The notes below the pieces were generated by a model. That model was not told the origin of the DNA, did no database searches, and saw nothing but the letters and a program-made list of their open reading frames with translations. A program made the translations under genes and the position numbers. Shown piece by piece: positions 38,803 to 52,263 of a stretch of 64,000 nt of DNA. Within the stretch, counting starts at the first letter, position 1. Each line of letters begins with the position of its first letter. The stretch is from contig OX597818.1 in the NCBI GenBank assembly GCA_951406725.2, forward strand, positions 40,114,001 through 40,178,000, given 5' to 3'. The stretch is from Octopus vulgaris. Its lineage: Eukaryota.

Positions 38803-41629
38803 TTAAAAGTCACTTGTAGACATGGACTCTCACTCACCCACATCCATAATGGAGACAGTCTTAGACTGATTGATGAAATTTGCAATACCTAGACTATAAT
38901 AACTAGTTATATATACTTATCTGCTTTGTATGGTGTATTCAAGAGTTTTTAATTTCTGTTCCACATTTCAAATAGACATTGCCATAACTTCAATGATTTT
39001 AATTTGAGTATTCTTGAGTATCTTATTGAGCATTTTAATGTCTGAGGGAAAATTCCTGGATTTTATGGTAAAGACCAACCAGCAGGAGACCTAGTTGTTT
39101 CAAATGAGATGGTTAGGTAATATCCATAACTTTGATTTTTCTTTCTTTTTTTTTTTTTTTTTTTTTTTTTAAGTATTTGAGGTTCCAGTCAGAACATTTG
39201 CTGAATTGTTGCTTCTGGTAGGATCCTCTGGCAACCACATTCTGAGGACTCTGCCTCTACAAGCTTCACCAAAATAGTCATCATCACCATCATCATTAAT
39301 TAATGTCTATTTTCCACGTTGGTATGGGTTAGATGGTTTGATCAGAGCTGGTAAGCTGGAGATCTGTACCAGGCACCAGTTGTCTGTTCTGGCTAGCTTC
39401 CTGTGGCCAAGATGCTCTTCCTAGCACCAGCCACTCCACAATGTGTACTGGTTGCCTTTTACATGTCACTGGCGCTAACCACAGTTTCACATGTCTTCTT
39501 AAGCACAGTGAAGTGGGTTATAAAAATAGATAAATAGACTTTTATAATTGCTTCGCTTGTTGGTTAATTTAGATGTGTGGTGTGAAGCAACAAGTGTGTC
39601 TGTAACCAATATTTCTCAGTTGCGGCTGTGTGGTAAGAAGCTTGCTTCCCACCCACATGGTTCTGGATTCAGTCTCACTGCATGGCATCTTGGACAAGTG
39701 TCTTCTACTATAACCTTGGACTGACCAAAGCCTTGTGAGTGGATTTGTTTCCCCACCAGTGTTGACGTGTTTGCATCCCTGTAAATTAGCAGTTTGGCAA
39801 AGGAGATTGATAGAATAAGTAACAGGCTTTCAAAAAAAAATACTGGGCTCAATTCATTTGACTAAAAGTTCAACCTGGTGCCCCAGCATGGCCACAGTCT
39901 GATGGCTGAAACAAGTCAAAGTTAAAAGATAAAAAATAAATATATATACTCCCCGTAACTTATCAGTTTGACAAAAGAGACCAATAGAATAAGTACTAGG
40001 TTTACAAAGAATAAGTCCTAGGGTCAACCGACATATATATGGTAAATAGAAGAGACAAGAATTTTTATTAATCACTACAATTGTTTTGACACATCTAGCA
40101 TCAATCTCTCACTTGTGGGATACTTAACATCTGACGGTGCTGATGTATCACTTCGGGTGATAAATAGATATATAACTCATTGAAATAACAGTTCCATAAT
40201 GTATTTTTGTGTAATTTAAAACAGAAAATTCTATATTCTTTTCTACATTTGTCATTTGTCTGCAGACCTGCATGCATGCATGCATGCATGTATGTAGCAC
40301 TTGACATACAACAATTAAACCGCAGATGTTTTGACTCTAATAGTAAACACAGGCTTAGTATAATTTTGTAACAAAATTTAGTATACCAACTGTTTGGGTA
40401 CCATAATTCAATAGAATTTAAGCGTCTAAATACACTCTAATCTACAATTGCAGAAGTTCTCACATGGTGCTTGACTGTATGCTTGTACTGATTACTCGAC
40501 AAGTAGCTATTGTGTGGAATCTAACATGTTTATTTCCTTTTGTCGGAGTAGCTTTCAAAACAAGTGTCTACCCCAGGCTTGGATGGGGGTGCAGATTGAC
40601 ATTAATGTGGACAATTGATTTTTCAATGGTTGGTTTAGATAATTTGAATATGTTGGCTGTCTTATGTCAACTAGAATTTATTTGACGAACAAAAATACTA
40701 AGAATTGTAATGGTATAAATCATTTAGTGTGACAGTAACAAATAAATAGAAAAAACAAAATTTCTTTCATTCTTTAATTTTCTGAGCATGAATTTCTATA
40801 GTAAAATTATTTAACCCTTTTATTACCATCATCATCATCGTTTAATGTCCGCTTTCCATGCTGGGTTGGACGATTTGACTGAGGACTGGCGAACCAGATG
40901 GCTGCATCAGGCTCCAATCTTGATCTGGCAGGGCTTTTAGAGCTGGGTACCCTTCTTAATGCCTACAAATTTGTTATGCCATTCATTTTCCGGCTTTGCA
41001 GACTCACCTCATAGAAGGTACTATGCACACACACCAATAGGAATTATTATTTCTCTCTCACACAAGCACCAAATGACTTCAAGCATTTGTAGTTATTTAA
41101 ATGACTCGTGGATTTAAAAGGATGTTTGCATTCATTCAGATTATATTTATAATTACTATAATCGTCAGTGGTCCATAATTGACCTGGAAAACTAAGCACA
41201 ACCAACAATATGGTTTTTCTCCTGAAGCATTTGCATATAACCTCACAATCAATCTGTTAATACCATCTGATTTGAAACTAATATATGTTTACTAGACACA
41301 CAGTTTTCAGTAGAGGTCAGCCTGATTTGGTAATTTCTGTCCAAATGATTTTCCTTTTAGATCTAACACCATATTGTTCTTCATTATGGGTAAATTTATA
41401 TTAGATTACATAAATAATTATTACCCCAGAATATCCACCTGAATTATAATTCCAGCTTCCTTTATTCCACTATAATAATCATTGTACCAGGCCATAGTGA
41501 GTAAATTAGAGTAACATAAAAGTAGTTCTTTGTGCAATGCATTTTAATTATGAAAATTTAATTACATAAAATTATGGAGATGTACTTGCATAGCAAGTGA
41601 CCTGTTCTGAGATCGTGTGCTGCAACAAA

Positions 41630-41779
41630 AACAATTGCAGCGTGGAAGATGTTTATAAGCCATTTAAGAAACACTTAGATGTGTTAGATTCACTTCAACA
41701 TTTAAATTTAATTTGCCATCTAATGGTTTTTGTGTGTTTCTTAAATGGCTTATAAACACCATCCATGCTGCAATTGTTT
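41630..41779. repeat. About 45-bp inverted repeat (fold-back element)
   Basis: aacaattgcagcgtgga..agccatttaagaaacac versus gtgtttcttaaatggcttataaaca..tccatgctgcaattgtt. Confidence 0.75.
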
Positions 41780-43530
41780 AATTATAAAAAAGGTTTTTTA
41801 AAAAATAATATCCAATATTCTTTTATTCTTTTACTGGTTTCAGTCAGTTGACGGTGGCCATGCTGGAGCACCGCTTTGAATAAATTTGGTCCCAGGATTT
41901 ATTTTTTAAAGTCTAGTACTTATTTTATTGGTCTCTTTTGCTGAACCACTAGTTTAAGGGGATATAAATACACCAACACTGGTTGTCAAATAGTGACAGA
42001 GGGACAAACAAAAACAAACACACACACACACACACACAGCAGGTTTCTTTCAGTTCCGTCTACCAAATCCACTCACAAGGCAGTGAAGACACTTGCCCAA
42101 GGTGCCATATACTGGGACTGAACCCTGAACCATGTGGTTGGGAAGCTTCTCACCATGCAGCCACACCTGTGCCTGTCTACCTACTATGCATAAACTAAGA
42201 AATGGTAGAAAGTAATATCATCATCATCATCATTGTTTAATGTCTGCTTTCCATGCTAGCATGGGTTGGACGATTTGACTGAGGACTGGCAAACTAGATG
42301 GCTGCACCAGGCTCCAATCTTGATTTGGCAGAGTTTCTACAGCTGGATGCCCTTCCTAACGCCAACCACTCCGATAGTATAGTGGGTGCTTTTACGTGCC
42401 ACTGGCACAAGGGCCAGTCAGGTGGTACTTGCAACAGCCACACTCAAATGGTGTTCTTTATGTGCCACCTGTACAGGAGCCAATCCAGCAGCACTGACAA
42501 CAACCTCGCTCGAATGTTTCTTCACGTGCCACCAGCACAAGTGCCAGTAACGATCACGCTCGAATGGTGCTTCTTACATGCCACCAGCACGGAAGCCAGT
42601 TTGCTGCTCTGGCAATGATCATGCTCGGATGGTGCTCAGCACTTCACTAGCACTGATGCCAGTCATCGAATTTGATTTCGATTTTGAATAATGTTTTGTG
42701 AATCTAATTATAAGCTTTCACCATAGGTTGACTATAGAAAATAATCTATGTCCCAATAATAGACTATTTTAAGGTGATTAGCTGGCAAAATTATCAGCAT
42801 GCCAAGCAATTATTTCTCAGCCCCAAGTCCTGTCTTTGGGTCCAGATAAGTATTGCAATTCAAGAACAAACATAGTGTTCTTAGAGATATCTTGTTGGTT
42901 TGAAATGGACAGAATTAGTTGTTGGGGTTTTGGAGCTAGGCCTTAAGTTGCTTGAATACTGGAGAGACCACTGATTGTGTGTGTATGTGTGTTTGTGTCA
43001 ATGTGTGTTCTCTTGGTTTTTAGTTATTTGAAGTCTTCCTGTTAGGAAGGAGCTGATTTCTAAGAATGATACAGTTTCATGATAGGAATGCAGATGACAA
43101 AATCATTTTCACATTTCAAACTTAAGAAAAGTGTTGCTTACTTTTTTTCCACTTACAGGTTATATTTGTAGTATGTTTGCTAGCTGATTTTTTTGTTTCC
43201 CTGATATAAATGTGAATTTATATTCGGAGTATAGAAGCTGAAGGTTTGAAGCAGTTGCCCATAGTGTGTGTGTACGCATGCATACCTCAGCTGTTAACCA
43301 GTTTAAATATGTGCATGCACTAATACTCTTTTACTTGTTTCAGTCATTTGACTGTGGCCATGCTGGAGCACCACTTTTAGTCGAGCAAATCGACCCCAGG
43401 ACTTTTTCTTTGTAAGCCTAGTACTTATTCTATCGGTCTCTTTTGCCGAACCACTAAGTTACGGGGGACGTAAACACACCAGCATCAGTTGTCAAGTGAT
43501 GTGTGTGTGTGTGGGGGGGGGGGGCAGACT

Positions 43531-43582
<52 letters not shown>

Positions 43583-44940
43583 CGATGGGCTTCTTTCAGT
43601 TTCCATCTACCAAATCCACTCACAAGGCTTTGGTCGGCCCGAGGCTATAGTAGAAGACACTTGTCCAAGGTGTCACACGCCGAGATTGAACCCAGAACCA
43701 TGTGGTTGAGAAGCAAGCTTCTTACCACACAGCCATGCATATGTGTTTGTGTAAGTCTGTCCTTCTCTTGACATTACGTAGTAGTTGTAAATGAGCTTCA
43801 CTGTCGTACAAGCAGTGTTGTTTGTTCTCTTCTGCAGAAACGTCTTACCATGGGGGAGGCATTACCTTACTTGGAAAGATTGTTGACAGAAAGGACATTC
43901 AACTGTAGAAAAGTCTCTCTATTGCGCTCTCCCTATATTTCTTGCTTTCTCTGTCTGTCTGCCTGCCTGTCTGTCTGTCTGTCTGTCTGTCTCACTATCC
44001 CGCTCGCTCTGTATTTTTCTGCAATTTCATGCTTATGTGACTTTTTATTGAGATTCTGTGCTTGTGTGTATGTAAATGTGTGTGTGTGGGTGTTAGAAAT
44101 GTACTTGATGTTTATGGCAGTCATCCATGGTTGCATTCTGTCTCTAGACTTTCTGTTGGCTCTGGTAGTTTTAGTAGTGATATGGACAAACATTTTACTT
44201 GTGATCCTACTTGGTATATATGTGTGTGTGAGAGAGAGAGGAAAATAGCTGGTTTGGTTGCTATCAATTCAGCTAAGTATTGCTATCAGTTAAAGAATAT
44301 CATGGTCTCTGAGTTATCAACAAGAGATGAAAGGTCAGTCTGTTATACCGAACTTGTCTTTGAGATATCTTCCCAGAAACTTATTTATTTATTTATTTAT
44401 TTGCACCAACAGCCTCATTGTGTGTGTGTTTTTTTTAAAATTTTTTTTTTTAAATACAGAAATATCTTAATTTAGTAACACCTTTGATATTTCTTTTGTC
44501 AGATATTTATATATTTATATATTTATATATTTATATATTTTTTTCTGTGTCATAAATACTTTGTGCGAGAGTTTCCATTGTGTGTGAGTTATAACTATGA
44601 CCAAGTACAATATAGTTGACTTGAAGAATCAAATTTAGAATAAGAATGCCAAAAGAAGGTACTAGGTAGTTGATTGTATTCAATAAAAGAGGACAGTAAT
44701 GTGTGTGTGTGTGTGCATTCTTCTTTCTTTCTTTTTCTTTTTCCTTGTTTCAGTCATTTTGACTGCGGCCATGCTGGAGCACCACCTTTAATCAAGCAAC
44801 TCGACCCCGGGACTTATTCTTTTGTAAGCCCAGTACTTATTCTATCGGTCTCTTTTGCCGAACCGCTAAGTAACAGGGACATAAACACACCAGCATCGGT
44901 TGTCAAACAATGCTAGGGGGACAAACACAGACACAAACAT

Positions 44941-44975
<35 letters not shown>

Positions 44976-45118
44976 CACATATATCTGACGGGCTTCTTTC
45001 AGTTTCCGTCTACCAAATCCACTCATAAGGCTTTGGTCGGTCCGAGGCTATAGTGGAAGACACTTGCCCAAGGTGCCACGCAGTGGGACTGAACCCGGAA
45101 CCATGTGGTTGGTAAGCA

Positions 45119-45662
45119 TGTGTACATCTGCAAAGATTTCACACCATTAAACCTGTTATCGAACTCAAACTCGGTCTGTGACACAATCATCGTACATCTA
45201 AAGGAACTTGATTTAGTGATATGCACACTATGTTACCCACCTGATGCCTTAAATCATGATGGAAAATTTGAGGAAAGCCTCAGTGCAATAAAGGAAGTAC
45301 TAACACAATTGGATCAACGTACTACTATATTCTTGATGGGTGACTTCAACTTCCCCAATATCAGGCGGCCTGAGGGCAACATAACCCCAGGAATGATGCA
45401 CAAAGAGCGAAATCAGGCAGAATCTCGTGCTATTCATGGAGGAGATTATACTCTCTCCAACCAGGCACAAAAATATCCTGAACCTCTGTTTTACAAACAA
45501 TGTGGAAATTATCTACAACATAAATATATCACTGACATTATTCTCAGACCATAACATGACAGAACTGACAATGTATGACCCGCAATTAACTTAAGATAAA
45601 CTCTGCACAGATGGTGCTCAAACTTTATCCAGCTTAAATTTCTATAAGGCTCGCTGGAAGTC
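45119..45662 (+). mobile_element. Degenerate LINE (CR1/L2-group) apurinic-endonuclease fragment
   Basis: ICTLCYPP (YRPP-like), IFLMGDFNFPNI, and after a frameshift PTRHKNILNLCFTN: APE endonuclease motifs. Confidence 0.85.
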
Positions 45663-45745
45663 ACTTGAAAAAAGATACATATATATATGTTTGTGTATAT
45701 ATATGTATATATGTTTGTGTGTATATATATGTATGTATATATGTT

Positions 45746-45798
<53 letters not shown>

Positions 45799-46132
45799 TT
45801 GTGTATATGTGTGTGTGAATATATATATATTTACACACACGAACCTTTTAATTAGCTGTCCACTTACCTTAGACACTGCTTGTGATTTTGCCATCATCAT
45901 CACAAACAGTTAACGTCCATTTTACATGCTGGCATGGATTGGATGGTTTGACTGAAAAGTGGTAAGCTGGGGAGCTGCACCAGGTTCCAATCGGGTTTGG
46001 CATGATTTCTACAGCTGGATGTCCTACCTAATATCAACCACACCAAGAGTGTACTGGATACTTTTTATGTGCCCATTATTTAACATGACTACGGTCTCAC
46101 TTGGCTTGACATGTCCTCTCAAGCACAATATA

Positions 46133-46172
<40 letters not shown>

Positions 46173-46892
46173 CAAATAAGAAAATGGAGAAGCACATTAG
46201 TTGGTTCATCAGCTTTAGGATATTAAAATGTTGACTTATTTATTTATCAAAACAACAACCATAATAACATACATGCATATAGTATATTATTCAATGCATA
46301 TATGATAAGAATACAAGTAGTTATTAAAAACATGAATATAAATTATATATACATATATATATATATATATTCTCATCGTCATCATTTAATGTTTACTTTT
46401 TATGCTGGTATGGGTCAGATGGTTTGACAGGAGCTGGTAAGGCAGAAGACTGCACCAGGCTCCATTGTCTCTTTTTGGCATGGTTTCTGTAGCTGGATGC
46501 CTTTCCTAACACCAACCACTCAAAAAGTGTAGTGGGTGCTTTTTATGTGCCACTGGCAAGGGTGCCAGCTACAAAACACCAGCGTCGGTCATGACTACAA
46601 TCTCACTTGGCTTGACAGGTTTTTGCAAGTACAGTATACTGCCAAGGGTCTCGGTCATTTGCCACTTCCTCTTTGAGGCCCAAAGTTTGAAGGGTGTTGA
46701 AAAAGAAATCACAACTTCGTCATCATATCCACCCTCTTCTCAGTTGAGCGGTTTTTAATTTGTCTGTTCTCTTTTAGTTGTTTCTGTCATTAGATAGTGG
46801 CCATGCTGAGGTATCACCTTGAAGAATTTAACTGAATAAATTGACCTTAGTACTTATTATCCTGTTGGTATCTTTTGCCACACTGCTAAATT

Positions 46893-47220
46893 TTTTTATT
46901 CATTTATCTTTTTTTATGCGCCCTTTTCAAGCCTAGCCAGGTTCATGGGCCCGGTTTCCAGGTTTCTGTGGCGTATGTGTTCCCCCTCCCCAGCTGGACA
47001 GGACATCAGTCCATCGCAGCATTACTCAAGAAACAGGAAGAAAGAGTGAGAGAAAGTTGGGGCGAAAGAGTACAACAGGGGTCGCCACGACCCCCTGCTG
47101 GAGCCTTGTGGAACTTTAGGTGTTTTCGCTCAATAAACGCACACAATGCCCGGTCTGGGAATCGAAACCGCGATCTTCCGACTGCGAGTCCGCTACCCTA
47201 ACCACTGGGTCATTGCGCCT
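46893..47220 (-). mobile_element. tRNA-derived SINE family D nested in a family B SINE (second copy about 57865-58150)
   Basis: Minus-strand head ggaggcgcaatgacccagtggttaggg..ggtttcgattccc; A-rich tail; direct repeat ccacactgctaaatt at 46878-46892 and 47221-47235. Confidence 0.85.
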
Positions 47221-47364
47221 CCACACTGCTAAATTACTGGGACATAAACGCACTAACACTGGTTGTAAAATGGAGGTAGGGGACAAAAACAAAAATTAAA
47301 CATTTTATAAATTTTTCTCGTATTTTTAGTAATTAAAATTTTTTCTTTCTTTTGAATATTTCAG

Positions 47365-47474
47365 AAGATGATGACTCCACTAGTGATGAAGAATCAATTG
47401 TTAACCTTAGTTTGACATCGTCAACAGAACGTATCGCTCCAGGGGGAGCTAAAATCACATCTGGTGTCAGTTCG
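47365..47474 (+). CDS. ARAP1: Exon of ARAP-family (ArfGAP/RhoGAP/ANK/PH) gene: acidic Ser-rich linker before PH1
   Basis: Pyrimidine tract then ttcag acceptor; TCG|gtaagt donor. Encodes (E)DDDSTSDEESIVNLSLTSSTERIAPGGAKITSGVSS, phase 1 to 0, in frame with the next exon. Symbol denotes a likely ARAP1/2/3 co-ortholog. Confidence 0.8.
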
Positions 47475-48089
47475 GTAAGTACCAAAATTTTTACAATATC
47501 ATGCACTAAATACATTATTTCTTTCTTCCAGTCAAACTGATATTGGTGTTGTTATATCTTCACATGCCTCTCTAATTTTCACTCACACACGTTCACATTC
47601 ACACACATATACATAAATACACTCTCATTTACACACACATACATCGCACCCATTATCATCTTTGTACTTCTCATATCTCACATTCCATGTTCGCACATGC
47701 AAATATAGAAGTGTATACATGTAATAAAAACACACACACACACACATACACACACCTTATCTTTCTCTCTATCTTAATTCCTTACCTCTCTCCATCTCTC
47801 TCTCTCTATAATTCCCTTTCTCTTTCCATCTCCTTTCTCTTTCTTAAGTTACACCATTTTTCTGATTTCTCTCACTCCTCTCTTTCTGACACTTGATCCT
47901 CTCCTTCTTACCCTCTCATTTCATTGTTTCTCTCTCTCTCTTATCTATCTACTTGTCTCTCCCCACTTTTTCTGTATATCAATATTTTTCTCTCTCTTTT
48001 TTTTCCTCTTTCCCCACCTCTCTTTCTGTCTCTATGTCACTTCTTTCTGTCTCTTTTTCTGAAAGGTTCACAGTTCTGTGTTCCTATTT

Positions 48090-48566
48090 CTTAGGTTTCT
48101 TGTCTTGTAACGGGGCATTCACCTGGAAGAGGTCGAGCTGGCTCCTATTGAGTTCACTGCATTGTGAGTTCATAAGAGTTTTAAGGGATGATCAGAGTCC
48201 GTGAAAGCAATTCTTGTCCGTATTCGTAAGCCACCATACATGACCAGTGACAGGTTGAACTAGTGTTAGTCCTTCTTCCTGCAGGATGCCTGCAGATGTG
48301 ATCCAATGCTACAAGGAAGCCACCCAATTCCGGACCAGACACTTCTTGGAATTAAACATTGCCCTTCATTTAGCTGGGTTGCAACCCTAGCACCACTAGT
48401 ATCAGACCTGTCTGCCATGATTGACCAGGTCTGGCACCATTGGTGTTAGAGTTACAACCCTGCTAACTGGCCACCAATGGCCATTTAGCCAGGTTGCAGT
48501 TAAACTCAAAGTCCCTGACGGCATAGCCCTGACACTCACTTATTTAGCTTTCTCACCACAACAAGG
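48090..48566 (-). mobile_element. RTE-clade LINE 5' UTR fragment
   Basis: Minus strand starts ccttgttgtggtgagaaagct..agggctatgccg, resembling RTE/BovB 5' ends (recalled); GC-richer than flanks. Confidence 0.5.
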
Positions 48567-49499
48567 TCAGGGGTTGAATTTTTCTGTATCTCCATCATGA
48601 TGAGGTGAAGGGTTTGCTCTTTTCTGTATCCCCATTTTGGCAGCTCACTCTGTTCCAAGTCCTCATAGACTTCATCTTTTATTGTCGACTTGTTGCACTC
48701 ATTTGACTGTGGCCATGCTGGGGTACTACCATGAAAGGTTTTAGCTGAACAAATCGACCCCAAGACTTTTTGTTTAAGCCTGGTACTTATTCTATCAATC
48801 TCTTTTGCCAAACCACTAAATTACTAGTAAACAAACCAACACCAGTTATCAAGCAGTGGTGTGAACAAGCACAAACACAAAGACATAAATATATACATGT
48901 ATACGACAGGTATCTTTCAGTTTCTGTCTACCAAATCAACTCATAAAGCTTTAGTCAGCCCAAGGTTATAGTAGAAGACACTCACCCAAGGTGCCACGTT
49001 GCAGGACTGAATCTGGTTGGGAAGCAAGCTTCTTACCAGGCAGCCATGCCTGCACCTTCAGGCTCCCCCTCCTTGTCGTCGTCGTCGTCATGATCAACAA
49101 CAACATCATCAACATCATACATCATTTAACATCATACATCATCATTTAACATCTGCTTTCCATGCTAGCATGGGTTGGACGATTTGACTGAGGACTGGTG
49201 AGCCAGATGGCTGCATCAGGCTCCACATATTGCCTTAAATTAATACTACACTTCTTTCATGTGTTTCTGTGATCACAATCTCCTGCTCATATTTCCTTAG
49301 TGCTTCTTTATATGTTTCTATTTAGTTGTACTTTGCATATGTTACTTCCATTTAGCTTACACAGTCCACTTTGCAACCAACCCACATAGCCCTACTCTTC
49401 TGTACATAGTCCTACTGTACTGGTCTGAATTAATCTCCCTCTCATGTATTCTCTCTACTCATATCCCTCCCAGCACTCACAATCATAAAATTGTGTTTT

Positions 49500-50250
49500 C
49501 ATGGTGAGAATGGATGAGGATAGCTATGGGAAAAAGTGTCACACCCTAGCGATTGATGAAACCTGTGGAAGAGGTAGACCCAGGAAGACCTGGGATGAGG
49601 TGGTGAAGCACGACCTTTGAAAATTAGGCCTCACCGAGGCAATGACTAGTGACCAAGACCTTTGGAAATATGCAGTGCGTGAGAAGACCCGGCAAGCCAA
49701 GTGAGACCATAACCTGTGGCCTATGCCAGGGGTGTAACCAGCCCACTTATACATATCTTTCTTTCATTGGATACTAGACTCTGCTTGCGAAGACCTTTTG
49801 AGGCAAGTGAAATCGAAATTGAATCAAATTCACTGATTGAATCAAATTCGTGCCAGTGGAGCACTAAGAGCACCATCCAAGCTTGATTGTTGCCAGAGCA
49901 GCTGACTGGCTTCTGTGCCGGTGGCATGTAAAAATGCTGTTGGCATGTGAATAAAAATTCAAGCGAGTTCGTTGCCTGTGCTGCTGGACTGGCTCCTGTG
50001 TAGGTGTCACGTTAAAAACTCCATTTGAGAGTGGCCGTTGCCAGTACCACCTGACTAGCCCTCGTGCTGGTGGTATGTAAAAGCACCTACTACACTCCCA
50101 GAGTGGTTGGTGTTAGGAAGGGCATCCAGCTGTAGAAATTCTGCAAGATCAGATTGGAGCCTGGTGCAGCCGTCTGGTTCGCCAGTCCTCAGTCAAATCA
50201 TCCAACCCATGCTAGCATGGAAAGCGGACATTAAATGATGATGATGATGA
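49500..50250 (+). mobile_element. RTE-clade LINE 3' fragment
   Basis: MVRMDEDSYGKKCHTLAIDETCGRGRPRKTWDEVVKHDL*...DQDLWKYAVREKTRQAK* followed by a repeat-containing 3' UTR and (gat)n. Confidence 0.9.
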
Positions 50251-50540
50251 CTTCCTGGACCAGGTGATGCATTATATTCTTCAGCAAAACACTTCATTTC
50301 ATGTTGTTCCTGTCCACTCGGCTGGTAAAAACGAGTAATCCTGCTGTGGACTGGTGTCCCGTTCAGGGTGGAACATATCATTATAATCATCATCATTGTT
50401 TAACATCCGCTTTCCATGCTGGTATGGGTTGGATGGTTTGGCTGAGAACTGGTAAGCTGGGAGGCTGCCCCAGGCTCCAATCTGTTCCTGGTGCAGCTTC
50501 CCGGCTGACCCTGTGTTCCTTACGGAGTATTGTAGATTAA

Positions 50541-50742
50541 CCATATTTGATGACATAGGAAATGCACTTTATTTCCCAAAAATAAGTCTTAAAAAAAAAT
50601 CAAAAAAAATCACTATGGGTCCTATATACGAGGTTAGGCATCTCAAGCTAGAATGTACTGAAAATATTTTTTCCTGAATATGTACTGTTGAAATTGGGTT
50701 GCATGTAAAATGCCTGTGCATCTTTTATGTCATCAAATACTG
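50541..50742. mobile_element. pogo/Tigger-like MITE ending 60 bp upstream of the PH beta1 exon
   Basis: Imperfect 27-bp TIRs ccatatttgatgacataggaaatgcac / gtgcatcttttatgtcatcaaatactg|ta. Confidence 0.65.
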
Positions 50743-50802
50743 TAGTTTGTTGATATAATTGAAAAATCTTTAATTGACTGTAATTATTTGCTTCTCTCTT
50801 AG

Positions 50803-50846
50803 CCACGTTCATCAGAAAGAAGTGGTTACCTCTACAAACAAGGAGG
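50803..50846 (+). CDS. ARAP1: ARAP-family exon, PH beta1 (PRSSERSGYLYKQGG)
   Basis: cttctctcttag acceptor, GG|gtgagt donor; 44 nt, phase 0 to 2; GYLYKQG is a canonical PH beta1 motif. Confidence 0.9.
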
Positions 50847-52184
50847 GTGAGTATCTTTACATTGCTCTTTTCATTCACTGACATATAACATTCTTTTTCA
50901 AAGCTGTGTTTGTTCATTTGTTTCAAATTATTTTTCTGTGCTAGCAAGGGTTGAATATAAACATTCACATGTGCATGCATGCACACATGAACACACACAC
51001 ACTCTCACTTACACACTCAGTCACTCACTCTCACATGCACTCACTCACACTCTCACTCACTCACTCTCACACACTTTGTAAATAATGACACTACTTAAAC
51101 AGATCGTGACTGAGTCTTTTATCAGAGCTTAAAAATCAAGAGAAGGAAGACACACGTATGCTCATATGCATGCAGTGAGCTTCTTACAGTTTCTGCCTGC
51201 AATCTCATTCACAAGGCATTGGTTATCCAAAGGCCAAAATAGAAGATATCAGCCAATATTGCTGCCATGTAGTAGAAATGAACTAAACTATGAGTCCCTA
51301 AGTGAACTTCTTAACCACACACATACACATACATGGCGAGCTTGTTTCAATTTCTGTCTACGAAATTCACTTACATAAAACTTTAGTTGCACTGGAACAA
51401 TAGTTGAAGATACTTGCTGAAGGTGCCATGCGAGGAGACTGAATCCAAAACCATGTGGTTGGAAAGTAGACTTCTTATCTACAAAGAATATTATCTTCTA
51501 TGAGCCTTTGGGAGTGTGTTAATCAGGTCCTTATCTCTGGATTGGATATCAAGATTCTCATCTGGATAATATGCTTGTTTAATACAGGAAACTCTCTCGT
51601 AAAGTTCAGTGCTTGTTTCTGCTTAATAAGTGAATGGAAGCAGTAAGAATTGTTTCAGTCTAGAGTCACAATGAGACACTTGCAGCGAACATTCGCTCAG
51701 AACACCTTAGTTATTGGTTCAAAATTTCATCATTATGTCTCATGTGTCAGAGAAATCTGTAAGGTTTTTAAATTGAGAATATGTTTTTACCTTTTTATGA
51801 CCATATTTCTTATGAAAAACCCTACCAGTATATTTCAGTTAATTTTGAAAATAATTTAAGATTTTGGAGGGATTTATTAAAATAACAAATTTTCTCATTA
51901 AGCTGGGGTTTAGAACGTTATTTAACAAAAGGTTTTTTTTTATAGAAAACTATAATCGAAGCTTTAAAATTTGAATATAAAACATTCAGAATATGTACTA
52001 TTTCACAAGCCCACAGGTCGTTTTGAACAAGTTGGAATCAAATCAATTTACGTTACACCTTGACATATATTTTTTTATCATAACCTTAACATTGCAATTT
52101 AAAACATATGCTAAACAAACATTTTTAAGTTTACCAAACTAAAGTGTTGACATAAAAGCTTGTTGTTGTTCTTTTTTACTTCAG

Positions 52185-52263
52185 AGTTCAGGGTAACAAA
52201 GGTTGGCGAAAACGGTGGGTGATATTCAATGGCAATGATTTGCGATATTATGTCAGTCCCAAG
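52185..52263 (+). CDS. ARAP1: ARAP-family exon, PH beta2-3 (VQGNKGWRKRWVIFNGNDLRYYVSPK)
   Basis: ttttttacttcag acceptor, AAG|gtaata donor; the first A completes the GGA codon from the previous exon; WRKRWV..LRYY PH motif. Confidence 0.92.

Noticed and set aside
44240-44335. Possible alternative first exon ending ATG AAA G|gtcagt, in phase with exon 47365
   Set aside because: Only a donor-like site and a two-codon frame; no promoter or transcript evidence.
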